A stretch of 64,000 nt of DNA, from positions 1,932 to 65,931 of the forward strand of contig NW_021833827.1 of assembly GCF_006345805.1 (NCBI RefSeq), given 5' to 3'. The first letter of the stretch is position 1. Every line of letters begins with the position of its first letter. Shown piece after piece: positions 35,801 through 50,033 of this stretch. Origin of the DNA: Octopus sinensis (taxonomy: Eukaryota). The notes beneath the pieces were generated by a model. It saw only the letters and a program-made list of their open reading frames with translations. It did not search any database and was not told the DNA's origin. The translations under genes and the position numbers were made by a program.

Positions 35801-38800
35801 AAAGAGGAAACTAAAGAAGGTAGATCATAGTTTTAAAATTTTGAAGATTGGGAAAAGGAACAAATGTTTATGATATTCTAACGAGATTGATAAAGAGGAA
35901 ACTAAAGAAGGTAGATCATAGTTTTAAAATTTTGAAGAAGAGAAATGGAACAAATGTTGATGATATTCGTACGAGTTTGATAAAGAGGAAACTAAAGAAG
36001 GTAGATCATAGTTTTAAAATTATGAAGATTGGGAAAAGGAGCAAATGTTGATGTTATTCTTACGAGATTGATAAAGAGGAAACTAAAGAAGGTAGATCAT
36101 AATTTTAAAATTTTAAAGAAGAGAAAAGGAACAAATGTTGACGATATTCTTACGAGTTTGAGAAAGAGGAAACTAGAGAAGGTAGATCATAGTCATAAAA
36201 TTTTGAAGAAGAGAAAAGTAACAAATTTTGAGGATATTCTTACGAGTTTGGTAAAAAGGAAACTAAAGAAGGTAGATCATAGTTTTAAAATTTTGAAGAT
36301 TCAGAAAAGGAACAAATGTTGAGGATATTCTGAGTTTGATGAAGAGGAAACTAAAGAAGGTAGATCATAGTTTTAAAATTTTGAAGATTGAGAAAAGGAA
36401 CAAATGCTGCTGATATTCTTACGAGATTGATAAAGAGGAAACTAAAGAAGGTAGATCATAGTTTTAAAATTTTGAAGAAGAGAAAAGGAACAAATGTTGA
36501 TGATATTCTTACGAGATTGATAAAGAGGAAACTAAAGAAGGTAGATCATAGTTTTAAAATTTTGAAGATTGAGAAAAGGGACAAATGTTGATGATATTCT
36601 TACGAGATTGATAAAGAGGAAACTAAAGAAGGTAGATCATAGTTTTAAAATTTTGAAGAAGAGAAAAGAGACAAATGTTGAGGATATTCTTACGAGATTG
36701 ATAAAGAGGAAACTAAAGAAGGTAGATCATAGTTTTAAGATTTTGAAGATTGGGAAAAGGAACAAATGTTGACGATATTCTTACGAGTTTGATAAAGAGG
36801 AAACTAAAGAAGGTAGATCATAGTTTTAGAATTTTGAAGAAGTGAAACGGAACAAATGTTGAGGATATTCTTACGAGTTTGATAAAGAGGAAGCTAAAGA
36901 AGGTAGATCATAGTTTTAAAATTTTGAAGATTGAGAAAAGGAACAAATGTTGAGGATATGCTTATGAGTTTGATAAAGAGGAAATTAAAGAAGGTAGATC
37001 ATAGTTTTAAAATTTTGAAGAAGAGAAAAGGGACAAATGTTGACGATATTATTACGAGTTTGATAAAGAGGAAACTAACGAAGGCAGATCATCGTTTTAA
37101 AATTTTAAAGAAGAGAAAAGGGACAAATGTTGACGATATTCTGAGTTTCATAAAGAGGAAACTAAAGAAGGTAGATCATAGTTTTATAATGTTGAAGAAG
37201 TGAAAAGGGACAAATGTTGACGATATTCTTACGATTTTGATAAAGAGGAAACTAAAGAAGGTAGATCATAGTTTTAAAATTTTGAAGATTGAGAAAAGGA
37301 AGAAATGTTGAGGATATGCCTACGAGTTTGATAAAGAGGAAACTAAAGAAGGTAGATCATAGTTTTAAAATTTTGAAGAAGAGAAAAGGGACAAATGTTG
37401 ACGATATTCTTACGAGTTTGATAAAGAGGAAACTAACGAAGGCAGATCATTGTTTTAAAATTTTAAAGAAGAGAAAAGGGATAAATGTTGACGATATTCT
37501 GAGTTTGATAAAGAGGAAACTAAAGAAGGTAGATCATAGTTTTAAAATTTTGAAGAAGAGAAAAGGAACAAATGTCGATGATATTCTTACGAGATTGATA
37601 AAGAGGAAACTAAAGAAGGTAGATCATAGTTTTAAAATTTTGAAGATAGGGAAGAGGAACAAATGTTGAGGATATTCTTACGAGATTGATAAAGAGGAAA
37701 CTAAAGAAGGTAGATCATAGTTTTAAAATTTTAAAGAAGAGAAAAGGAACAAATGTTGACGATATTCTTACGAGTTTGATAAAGAGGAAACTAAAGAAGG
37801 TAGATCATAGTTTTAAAATTTTGAAGAAAAGAAAAGTAAAAAATTTTGAGGATATTCTTACGAGTTTGGTATAAAGGAAACTAAAGAAGGTAGATCATAG
37901 TTTTAAAATTTTGAAGATTGAGACAAGGAACAAATGTTGAGGATATCCTTACAAGTTTGATAAAGAGGAAACTAAAGAAGGTAGATCATAGTTTTAAAAT
38001 TTTGAAGATTGAGAAAAGGAACAAATGTTGACGATATTCCTACAAGTTTGATAATGAGGAAACTAAAGAAGGTAGACCATAGTTTTAAAATTTTGAAGAT
38101 TGAGAAAAGGAACAAATGTTGACGATATTCTTACGAGTTTGATAAAGAGGAAACTAAAGAAGGTAGATCATAGTTTTAAAATTTTGAAGATTGAGAAAAG
38201 GAACAAATGTTGAGGATATTCTTACAAGTTTGATAAAGAGGAAACTAACGAAGGTAGATCATAGTTTTAAAATTTTGAAGAAGAGAAAAGGGACAAATGT
38301 TGAGGATATTCTTACGAGTTTGATAAAGAGGAAACTAACGAAGGTAGATCATAGTTTTAAAATTTTGAAGAAGAGAAAAGGGACAAATGTTGACGATATT
38401 CTTACGAGTTTGATAAAGAGGAAACTAAAGAAGGTAGATCATAGTTTTAAAATTTTGAAGATTGAGAATAGGAACAAATGTTGACGATATTCTTACGAGT
38501 TTGATAAAGAGGAAACTAAAGAAGGTAGATCATAGTTTTAAAATTTTGAACAAGAGAAAAGGGACAAATGTTGACGATATTCTTACGAGTTTGATAAAGA
38601 GGAAACAAAAGAAGGTAGATCATAATTTTAAAATTTTGAAGAAGAGAAAAGGGACAAATGTTGACGATATTCTTACGAGTTTGATAAAGAGGAAGCTAAC
38701 GAAGGCAGATCATTGTTTTAAAATTTTAAAGAAGAGAAAAGGGATAAATGTTGACGATATTCTGAGTTTGATAAAGAGGAAACTAAAGGTAGATCATAGT

Positions 38801-41800
38801 TTTAAAATTTTGAAGAAGAGAAAAGGAACAAATGTTGATGATATTCTTACGAGATTGATACAGAGGAAACTAAAGAATGGAGATCATAGTTTTAAAATTT
38901 TGAAGATAGGGAAAAGGAACAAATGTTGAGGATATTCTTACAAGATTGATAAAGAGGAAACTAAAGAAGGTAGATCATAGTTTTAAAATTTTGAAGAAGA
39001 GAAAAGTAACAAATTTTGAGGATATTCTTACGAGTTTGGTAAAGAGGAAACTAAAGAAGGTAGATCATAGTTTTAAAATTTTGAAGATTGAGAAAAGGAA
39101 CAAATGTTGACGATATTCTTACGAGTTTGATAAAGAGGAAACTAAAGAAGGTAGATCATAGTTTTAAAATTTTGAAGAAGTGAAAAGGAACAAATGTTGA
39201 GGATATGCTTACGAGTTTGATAAAGAGGAAAATAAAGAAGGTAGATCATAGTTTTAAAATTTTGAAGAAGAGAAAAGGGACAAATGTTGACGATATTCTT
39301 ACGAGTTTGATAAAGAGGAAACTAACGAAGGCAGATCAACGTTTTAAAATTTTAAAGAAGAGAAAAGGGACAAATGTTGACGATATTCTGAGTTTCATAA
39401 AGAGGAAACTAAAGAAGGTAGATCATAGTTTTATAATGTTGAAGAAGTGAAAAGGGACAAATGTTGACGATATTCTTACGAGTTTGATAAAGAGGTAGAT
39501 CACAGTTTGATAAAGAAGGTAGATCACAGTTTTAAAATTTTGAAGATTGAGAAAAGGAAGAAATGTTGAGGATATGCCTACGAGTTTGATAAAGAGGAAA
39601 CTAAAGAAGGTAGATCATAGTTTTAAAATTTTGAAGAAGAGAAAAGGGACAAATGTTGACGATATTCTTACGAGTTTGATAAAGAGGAAACTAACGAAGG
39701 CAGATCATTGTTTTAAAATTTTAAAGAAGAGAAAAGGGATAAATGTTGACGATATTCTGAATTTGATAAAGAGGAAACTAAAGAAGGTAGATCATAGTTT
39801 TAAAATTTTGAAGAAGAGAAAAGGAACAAATGTTGATGATATTCTTACGAGATTGATAAAGAGGAAACTAAAGAAGGTAGATCATAGTTTTAAAATTTTG
39901 AAGATAGGAAAAAGGAACAAATGTTGAGGATATTCTTACGAGATTGATAACGAGGAAACTAAAGAAGGTAGATCATAGTTTTAAAATTTTAAAGAAGAGA
40001 AAAGGAACAAATGTTGACGATATTCTTACGAGTTTGATAAAGAGGAAACTAAAGAAGGTAGATCATAGTTTTAAAATTTTGAAGATTGAGAAAAGGAACA
40101 AATGTTGAGGATATCCTTACAAGTTTGATAAAGAGGAAACTAAAGAAGGTAGATCATAGTTTTAAAATTTTGAAGATTGAGAAAAGGAACAATTGTTGAC
40201 GATATTCTTACAAGTTTGATAATGAGGAAACTAAAGAAGGTAGACCATAGTTTTAAAATTTTGAAGATTGAGAAAAGGAACAAATGTTGACGATATTCTT
40301 ACGAGTTTGATAAAGAGGAAACTAAAGAAGGTAGATCATAGTTTTAAAATTTTGAAGATTGAGAAAAGGAACAAATGTTGAGGATATTCTTACGAGTTTG
40401 ATAAAGAGGAAACTAATGAAGGTAGATCATAGAGTTAAAATTTTGAAGAAGAGAAAAGGGACAAATGTTGAGGATATTCTTACGAGTTTGATAAAGAGGA
40501 AACTAACGAAGGTAGATCATAGTTTTAAAATTTTGAAGAAAGAAAGGACAAATGTTGACGATATTCTTACGAGTTTGATAAAGAGGAACTAAAGAGTAGA
40601 TCATAGTTTTAAAATTTTGAAGATTGAGATAGGAACAAATGTTGACGATATTCTTACGAGTTTGATAAAGGAAACTAAAGAAGGTAGATCATAGTTTTAA
40701 AATTCTGAACAAGAGAAAAGGGACAAATGTTGACGATATTCTTACGATTTGATAAAGAGGAAACTAAAGAAGGTAGATCATATTTTTAAAATTTTGAAGA
40801 AGAGAAAAGGACAATGTTGACGATATTCTTACGAGTTTGATAAGAGGAACTAACGAAGGCAGATCATTGTTTTAAAATTTTAAAGTAGAGAAAAGGATAA
40901 AGTTGACGATATCTGAGTTTGATAAAGAGGAAACTAAAGGTAGATCATAGTTTTAAAATTTTGAAGAAGAGAAAAGGAATAAATGTTGATGATATTCTTA
41001 CGAGATTGATAAAGAGGAAACTAAAGAGGTAGATCATAGTTTTAAAATTTTGAAGATAGGAAAAGGAACAATGTTGAGGATATTCTTACGAGATTGATAA
41101 AGAGGAAACTAATAAGGTAGATCATAGTTTTAAAATTTTAAAGAAGAGAAAAGGAACAAATGTTGACGATATTCTTACGAGTTTGATAAAGAGGAAACTA
41201 AAGAAGGTAGATCATAGTTTTAAAATTTTGAAGAAGAGAAAAGTAACAAATTTTGAGGATATTCTTACGAGTTTGGTAAAGAGGAAACTAAAGAAGGTAG
41301 ATCATAGTTTTAAAATTTTGAAGATTGAGAAAAGGAACAAATGTTGAGGATATCCTTACAAGTTTGATAAAGAGGAAACTAAAGAAGGTAGATCATAGTT
41401 TTAAAATTTTGAAGATTGAGAAAAGGAACAAATGTTGAGGATATTCTTACAAGTTTGATAAAGAGGAAACTAAAGAAGGTCGATCATAGTTTTAAAATTT
41501 TGAAGATTGAGAAAAGGAACAAATGTTGACGATATTCTTACAAGTTTGATAATGAGGAAACTAAAGAAGGTAGATTATAGTTTTAAAATTTTGAAGATTG
41601 AGAAAAGGAACAAATGTTGAGGATATTCTTACGAGTTTGATAAAGAGGAAACTAATGAAGGTAGATCATAGTTTTAAAATTTTGAAGAAGAGAAAAGGGA
41701 CAAATGTTGAGGATATTCTTACGAGTTTGATAAAGAGGAAACTAAAGAAGGTAGATCATAGTTTTAAAATTTTGAAGAAGAGAAAAGGGACAAATGTTGA

Positions 41801-44800
41801 GGATATTCTTACGAGTTTGATAAAGAGGAAACTAAAGAAGGTAGATCATAGTTTTAAAATTTTGAAGATTGAGAAAAGGGACAAATGTTGATGATATTCT
41901 TACGAGTTTGATAAAGAGGAAACTAAAAAAGGTAGATCATAGTTGTAAAATGTTGAAGATTGGGAAAAGGAACAAATGTTGACGATATTCTTACGAGTTT
42001 GATAAAGAGGAAACTAAAGAAGGTAGATCATAGTTTTAAAATTTTGAAGAAGAGAAAAGGAACAAATGTTGACGATATTCTTACGAGTTTGATAAAGAGG
42101 AAACTAAACAAGGTAGATCATAGATTTAAAATTTTGAAGAAGAGAAAAGGAACAAATGTTGACGATATTCTTACGAGTTTGATAAAGAGGAAGCTAAAGA
42201 AGGTAGATCATAGTTTTATAATTTTGAAGAAATGAAATGGGACAAATGTTGACGATATTCTTACGAGTTTGATAAAGAGGAAACTAAAGAAGGTAGATCA
42301 TAGTTTTAAAATTTTGAAGATTGAGAAAAGGGACAAATGTTGATGATATTCTTATGAGTTTGATAAAGAGGAAACTAAAGAAGGTAGATCATAGTTTTAA
42401 AATTTTGAAGAAGAGAAAAGGGACAAATGTTGAGGATATTCTTACGAGATTGATAAAGAGGAAACTAAAGAAGGTAGATCATAATTTCAAAATTTTGAAG
42501 ATTGGGAAAAGGAACAAATGTTGAGGATATGCTTACGAGTTTGATAAAGAGGAAACTAAAGAAGGTAGGTCATAGTTTTAAAATTTTGAAGAAGTGAACA
42601 GGAACAAATGTTGAGGATATTCTTACGAGTTTGATAAAGAGAAAGCTAAAGAAGGTAGATCATAGTTTTAAAATTTTGAAGATTGAGAAAAGGAACAAAT
42701 GTTGAGGATATGCTTACGAGTTTGATAAAGAGGAAACTAAAGAAGGTAGATCGTAGTTTTAAAATTTTGAAGAAGAGAAAAGGGACAAATGTTGACGATA
42801 TTCTTACGAGTTTGATAAAGAGGAAACTAAAGAAGGTAGATCATAGTTTTAAAATTTTGAAGATTGAGAAAAGGAAGAAATGTTGAGGATATGCTTACGA
42901 GTTTGATAAAGAGGAAACTAAAGAAGGTAGATCATAGTTTTAAAATTTTGAAGAAGAGAAAAGGGACAAATGTTGACGATATTCTTACGAGTTTGATAAA
43001 GAGGAAACTAACGAAGGCAGATCATTGTTTTAAAAATTTAAAAAAGAGAAAAGGGATAAATGTTGACGATATTCTGAGTTTGATAAAGAGGAAACTAAAG
43101 AAGGTAGATCATAGTTTTAAAATTTTGAAGAAGAGAAAAGGAACAAATGTTGATGATATTCTTACGAGATTGATAAAGAGGAAACTAAAGAAGGTAGATT
43201 ATAGTTTTAAAATTTTGAAGATAGGGAAAAGGAACAAATGTTGAGGATATTCTTACGAGATTGATAAAGAGGAAACTAAAGAAGGTAGATCATAGTTTTA
43301 AAATTTTGAAGAAGAGAAAAGGAACAAATGTTGATGATATTCTTACGAGTTTGATAAAGAAGAAACTAAAGAAGGTAGATCATAGTTTTAAAATTATGAA
43401 GATTGGGAAAAGGAACAAATGTTGAGGATATTCTTATGAGATTGATAAAGAGGAAACTAAAGAAGGTAGATCATAGTTTTAAAATTTTAAAGAAGAGAAA
43501 AGAAACAAATGTTGACGACATTCTTACGAGTTTGATAAAGAGGAAACTAAAGAAGGTAGATCATAGTTTTAAAATTTTGAAGAAGAGAAAAGTAACAAAT
43601 TTTGAGGAATTTCTTACGAGTTTGGTAAAGAGGAAACTAAAGAAGGTAGATCATAGTTTTAAAATTTTGAAGATTGAGAAAAGGAACAAATGTTGAGGAT
43701 ATTCTTACAAGTTTGATAAAGAGGAAACTAAAGAAGGTAGATCATAGTTTTAAAATTTTGAAGATTGAGAAAAGGAACAAATGTTGACGATATTCTTACA
43801 AGTTTGATAATGAGGAAACTAAAGAAGGTAGATCATAGTTTTAAAATTTTGAAGATTGAGAAAAGGAAGAAATGTTGACGATATTCTTACAAGTTTGATA
43901 AAGAGGAAACTAAAGAAGGTAGATCATAGTTTTAAAATTTTGAAGATTGAGAAAAGGAACAAATGTTGACGATATTCTTACGAGCTTGATAAAGAGGAAA
44001 CTAAAGAAGGTAGATCATAGTTTTAAAATTTTGAAGATTGAGAAAAGGAACAAATGTTGATGATATTCTTACGAGATTGATAAAGAGGAAACTAAAGAAG
44101 GTAGATCATAGTTTTAAAATTTTGAAGATAGGGAAAAGGAACAAATGTTGAGGATATTCTTACGAGATTGATAAAGAGGAAACTAAAGAAGGTAGATCAT
44201 AGTTTTAAAATTTTGAAGAAGAGAAAAGGACAAATGTTGATGATATTCTTACGAGTTTGATAAAGAAGAACTAAAGAAGGTAGATCATAGTTTTAAAATT
44301 TTGAAGATTGGGAAAAGGAACAAATGTTGAGATATTCTTACGAGATTGATAAAGAGGAAACTAAAGAAGGTAGATCATAGTTTTAAAATTTTAAAGAAGA
44401 GAAAAGGAACAAATGTTGACGATATTCTTACGAGTTTGATAAAGAGGAAACTAAAGAAGGTAGATCATAGTTTTAAAATTTTGAAGAAGAGAAAAGTAAC
44501 AAATTTTGAGGATATTCTTACGAGTTTGGTAAAGAGGAAACTAAAGAAGGTAGATCATAGTTTTAAAATTTTGAAGATTGAGAAAAGGAACAAATGTTGA
44601 GGATATCCTTACAGTTTGATAAAGAGGAACTAAAGAGTAGATCATAGTTTTAAAATTTTGAAGATTAGAAGAAAAGGAAACAAATTGTTGACGATATTCT
44701 TACAAGTTTGATAATGAGGAAACTAAAGAGGTAGATCATAGTTTTAAAAATTTTGAAGATTGAGAAAAAAGGAAGAAATGTTGACGATATTCTTACAAGT

Positions 44801-47800
44801 TTGATAAAGAGGAAACTAAAGAAGGTAGATCATAGTTTTAAAATTTTGAAGATTGAGAAAAGGAACAAATGTTGACGATATTCTTACGAGCTTGATAAAG
44901 AGGAAACTAAAGAAGGTAGATCATAGTTTTAAAATTTTGAAGATTGAGAAAAGGAACAAATGTTGATGATATTCTTACGAGTTTGATAAAGAGGAAACTA
45001 AAGAAGGTAGATCATAGTTTTAAAATTTTGAAGATAGGAAAGAAACAATGTTGAGGATATTCTTACGAGATTGATAAAGAGGAAACTAAAGAAGGTAGAT
45101 CATAGTTTTAAAATTTTGAAGAAGAGAAAAGGAACAAATGTTGATGATATTCTTACGAGTTTGATAAAGAAGAAACTAAAGAAGGTAGATCATAGTTTTA
45201 AAATTATGAAGATTGGGAAAAGGAACAAATGTTGAGGATATTCTTACGAGATTGATAAAGAGGAAACTAAAGAAGGTAGATCATAGTTTTAAAATTTTAA
45301 AGAAGAGAAAAGGAACAAATGTTGACGATATTCTTACGAGTTTGATAAAGAGGAAACTAAAGAAGGTAGATCATAGTTTTAAAATTTTGAAGAAGAGAAA
45401 AGTAACAAATTTTGAGGATATTCTTACGAGTTTGGTAAAGAGGAAACTAAAGAAGGTAGATCATAGTTTTAAAATTTTGAAGATTGAGAAAAGGAACAAA
45501 TGTTGAGGATATCCTTACAAGTTTGATAAAGAGGAAACTAAGAAGGTAGATCATAGTTTTAAAATTTTGAAGAAGAGAAAAGGAACAAATGTTGAGGATA
45601 TTCTTACAAGTTTGATAAAGGGAAACTAAAGAAGTAGATCATAGTTTTAAAATTTTGAAGATTGAGAAAAGGAACAAATGTTGACGATATTCTTACAAGT
45701 TTGATAAAGGAGGAAACTAAAGAAGGTAGATCATAGTTTTAAAATTTTGAAGATTGAGAAAAGAAAAAATGTTGAGGATATTCTTACGAGTTTGATAAAG
45801 AGGAAACTAAAGAAGGTAGATCATAGTTTTAAAATTTTGAAGATTGAGAAAAGGAACAAATGTTGACGATATTCTTACGAGTTGATAAAGAGGAAACTAA
45901 AGAAGGTAGATCATAGTTTTAAAATTTTGAAGATTGAGAAAAGGACAAATGTTGAGGATATTCTTACGAGTTTGATAGAGGAAACTAAAGAAGGTAGATA
46001 CATAGTTTTAAAATTTTAAGAAGAGAAAAGGGACAAATGTTGTTGAGGATATTCTTACGAGTTTGATAAAGAGGAAACTAAAGAAGGTAGATCATAGTTT
46101 TAAAATTTTGAAGATTGAGAAAAGGAACAAATGTTGACGATATTCTTACGAGTTTGATAAAGAGGAAACAAAGAAGTAGATCATAGTTTTAAAATTTTGA
46201 AGAAGAGAAAAGGGACAAATGTTGAGGATATTCTACGAGTTTGATAAAGAGGAAACTAAAGAAGGTAGATCATAGTTTTAAAATTTTGAAGATTGAGAAA
46301 AGAAACAAATGTTGACGATATTCCAACGAGTTTGATAAAGAGGAAACTAAAGAAGGTAGATCATTGTTTTAAAATTTTTGAAGAGAGAGAACAAGGACAA
46401 ATTTGACGATATTCTTACGAGTTTGATAAAGAGGAAACTAACGAGGCAGATCATTGTTTTAAAATTTTAAAGAAGAGAAAAGGGACAATGTTGACGATAT
46501 TCTGAGTGATAAGAGGAAACTAAGAAGGTAGATCATAGTTTTATAATTTTGAAGAAGTGAAAAGGGAGAAATGTTGACGATATTCTTACGAGTTGATGAT
46601 AAGAGGAAACTAAAGAAGGTAGATCATAGTTTTAAAATTTTGAAGAAGAGAAAAGGAACAAATGTTGACGATATTCTTACGAGTTTGATAAAGAGGAAAC
46701 TAAAGAAGGTAGATCTAGTTTTTAAAATTTTGAAGAAGAGAAAAGTAACAAATTTTGAGGATATTCTTACGAGTTTGGTAAAGAGGAAACTAAGAAGGTA
46801 GATCATAGTTTTAAAATTTTGAAGAATTGAGAAAAGGAACAAATGTTGAGGATATCCTTACAAGTTTGATAAAGAGGAAACTAAAGAAGGTAGATCATGT
46901 TTGTCAAAATTTTGAGATTGAGAAAAGGAACAAATGTTGAGGATATTCTTACAAGTTTGATAAAGAGAGGAAACTAAAGAAGGTAGATCATAGTTTTAAA
47001 ATTTTGAAGATTGAGGAGAAAAGGAACAAATGTTGACGATATTCTTACAAGTTTGATAATGAGGAACTAAAGAAGATAGATCATAGTTTTAAAATTTTGA
47101 AGATGAGAAAAGGAACAAATGTTGAGATATTCTTACAAGTTTGATAATGAGGAACTAAGAAGGTAAATCATAGTTTTAAAATTTTGAAGATTGAGAAAAG
47201 GAACAAATGTTGACGCGATTCTTACGACGAGTTTGATAAAGAGGAAACTAAAGAAGGTAGATCATAGTTTTAAAATTTTGAAGATTGAGAAAAGGACAAA
47301 TGTTGAGGATATTCTTACAGTTTGATAAAGAGGAAACTAACGAAGGTAGATCATAGTTTTAAAATTTTGAAGAAGAGAAAAGGGACAAATGTTGAGGATA
47401 TTCTTACGAGTTTGATAAAGAGGAAACTAACGAAGGTAGATCATAGTTTTAAAATTTTGAAGATTGAGAAAAGGGACAAATGTTGAGGATATTCTTACAA
47501 GTTGATAAAGAGGAACTAACGAAGTAGATCATAGTTTTAAAATTTTGAAGAGAGAAAAGGGACAAATGTTGAGGATATTCTTACGAGTTTGATAAGAGGA
47601 AACTAACGAAGGTAGATCATAGTTTTAAAATTTTGAAGATCGAGAAAAGGAACAAATGTTGACGATATTCTTACAAGTTTGATAATGAGGAAACTAAAGA
47701 AGGTAGATCATAGTTTTAAAATTTTGAAGATTGAGAAAAGGAACAAATGTTGACGATATTCTTACGAGTTTGATAAAGAGGAAACTAAAGAAGGTAGATC

Positions 47801-49086
47801 ATAGTTTTAAAATTTTGAAGATTGAGAAAAGGGACAAATGTTGAGGATATTCTTACGAGTTTGATAAGAGGAAACTAACGAAGGTAGATCATAGTTTTAA
47901 AATTTTGAAGAAGAGAAAAGGGACAAATGTTGTGGATATTCTTACGAGTTTGATAAAGAGGAAACTAACGAAGGTAGATCATAGTTTTAAAATTTTGAAG
48001 ATTGAGAATAGGAACAAATGTTGACGATATTCTTACGAGTTTGATAAAGAGGAAACTAAAGAAGGTAGATCATAGTTTTAAAATTTTGAAGAAGAGAAAA
48101 GGGACAAATGTTGAGGATATTCTTACGAGTTTGATAAAGAGGAAACTAAAGAAGGTAGATCATAGTTTTAAAATTTTGAAGATTGAGAAAAGAAACAAAT
48201 GTTGACGATATTCCAACGAGTTTGATAAAGAGGAAACTAAAGAAGGTAGATCATTGTTTTAAAATTTTGAAGAAGAGAAAAGGGACAAATTTGACGATAT
48301 TCTTACGAGTTTGATAAAGAGGAAACTAACGAAGGCAGATCATTGTTTTAAAATTTTAAAGAAGAGAAAAGGGACAAATGTTGACGATATTCTGAGTTTG
48401 ATAAAGAGGAAACTAAAGAAGGTAGATCATAGTTTTATAATTTTGAAGAAGTGAAAAGGGAGAAATGTTGACGATATTCTTACGAGTTTGATAAAGAGGA
48501 AACTAAAGAAGGTAGATCATAGTTTTAAAATTTTGAAGATTGAGAAAAGGAACAAATGTTGAGGATATGCTTACGAGTTTGATAAAGAGGAAACTAAAGA
48601 AGGTAGATCATTGTTTTAAAATTTTGAAGAAGAGAAAAGGGACAAATGTTGAGGATATTCTTACGAGTTTGATAAAGAGGAAACTAACGAAGGCAGATCA
48701 TTTTTTAAAAATTTTGAAGAAGAGAAAAGGGACAAATGTAGACGATATTCTTACGAGTTTGATAAAGAGGAAACTAACGAAGGCAGATCATTGTTTTAAA
48801 ATTTTAAAGAAGAGAAAAGGGACAAATGTTGACGATATTCTGAGTTTGATAAAGAGGAAACTAAAGAAGTTAGATTATAGTTTTAAAATTTCGAAGAAGA
48901 GAAAAGGGACAAATGTTGACGATATGCTTACGAGTTTGATAAAGAGGAAACTAAAGAAGGTAGATCATAGTTTTAAAATTTTGAAGATTGAGAAAAGGAA
49001 CAAATGTTGAAGATATGCTTACGAGTTTGATAAAGAGGAAACTAAAGAAGGTAGATCATAGTTTTAAATTTTAGAAGAAGAGAAAA
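17812..49086 (+). repeat. Satellite DNA array, ~345 head-to-tail monomers of 87-91 bp
   Basis: Consensus GA(TTGG/TTGA/AGA)GAAAAGGAACAAATGTTGA(G/C)GATATTCT(TAC)GAG(A/T)TTGATAAAGAGGAAACTAAAGAAGGTAGATCATAGTTTTAAAATTTTGAA. No foreign insertion seen; copy number is length divided by ~90.4. Confidence 0.98.
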
Positions 49087-49110
49087 CAGACGATCACCTA
49101 TTGTATTCTT

Positions 49111-49497
49111 ACTAGCAGTATTGCCCAACGTTGCTCGGGTTTGTAAGGGAAATAACTATATAAGCATTTTTAGAGATTTATATCCAAAAAATAGCAAAAA
49201 ATGCATCTAAAAATGGAAAAAAAATTATGGTAAACCTTTTTAAAATCGTTGACTTATCATAGACATTTATAGAGAGTTACTTCCCTTATATAATAGTGAA
49301 AAAATGCATTAAAATGGAAAAAAATGATGTTAATTTTTTCTTGAATCGTAGACTCATGCTAATACCCAAAAGGGCTTGATATGAATCACAACTATAAGAT
49401 ACCCGGTTTTGGTTAAACTGCACCGCGAAATGTGGGAGTAGTTAGGAATCTAAATCGTAGGAGACAGACACACAACTTCCCTTTTATAGATAAAGAT
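49111..49497 (+). mobile_element. Non-autonomous Helitron-like element (Lep1/HINE-like ends)
   Basis: Starts ACTAGCAGTATTGCCCAACGTTGCTCGGG and ends GAGACAGACACACAACTTCCCTTTTATAGATAAAGAT. It splits an old monomer at CTT^ with no TSD. The family call is from memory of end motifs. Confidence 0.5.
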
Positions 49498-49960
49498 AAC
49501 TTGAAAGAAATGAAAATGGGTAAAGGTAGATCATACTTTTAAAACGTAAAACTTTAAAAAAATAGACAAGTGAGCGTTGATTGTACTCTTTGTAATTTAA
49601 AAGAAAAGAAAGGGGGGAATGTAGATCACACGTTCGTACCATTGAAGAAGAAAATGGTTGAAGGAAATCAAACTCTTACACCTTTATAAACGAGAAAAAG
49701 AGATGAGAATGGATGATATTCTTACAGTTTTTGAAAAGAGAAAACAGTCAAAGAAAAATTATAATCTTACAACTTTGAAGAAAAGATGAAGGTAGATGAT
49801 ATTCTAACGAGTTTAATAAAGAGGAAACTGATGAAGGCAGATCGTATTCTGGTGAGTTTGGCAAAGAGAAAACAGACGATTCTAGATCATACATGTATAA
49901 CTTTAAAGAAGAGAAAACAAGCGAAGGTAGATCATCCTCTTACAACTGTAAGAAGTAGAA
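49498..49960 (+). repeat. Diverged ~45-bp monomers flanking the satellite (right)
   Basis: Examples: GAAGGTAGATGATATTCTAACGAGTTT and GAAGGTAGATCATCCTCTTACAACT. Confidence 0.7.
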
Positions 49961-50033
49961 AATGACCATGGGCGTAACTTCGGTATAAGTACCGGATACA
50001 TTTCAAGAAAGTGTTTTTTTTATATATGTATTA

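Noticed and set aside
40540-47600. Patches of many single-base indels (also ~21900-23100) as rapidly decaying satellite
   Set aside because: The changes are mostly homopolymer length shifts clustered in blocks, typical of unpolished long-read consensus. They cannot be treated as biological without raw reads.
17938-49010. Lys-rich 30-aa repeat ORFs (KRKGTNVDDILTSLIKRKLKKVDHSFKILK) as a protamine-like or repetitive protein gene
   Set aside because: The frame is open only across runs of 90/87-bp monomers. The very common 91/88-bp variants break it, the longest ORF is 156 aa, and most starts are TTG. No sign of selection for coding.
17812-49086. CRISPR array or CENP-B-box satellite
   Set aside because: Monomers are head-to-tail without unique spacers, there are no cas genes, and the context is eukaryotic. 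No TTCG....A..CGGG motif was seen.
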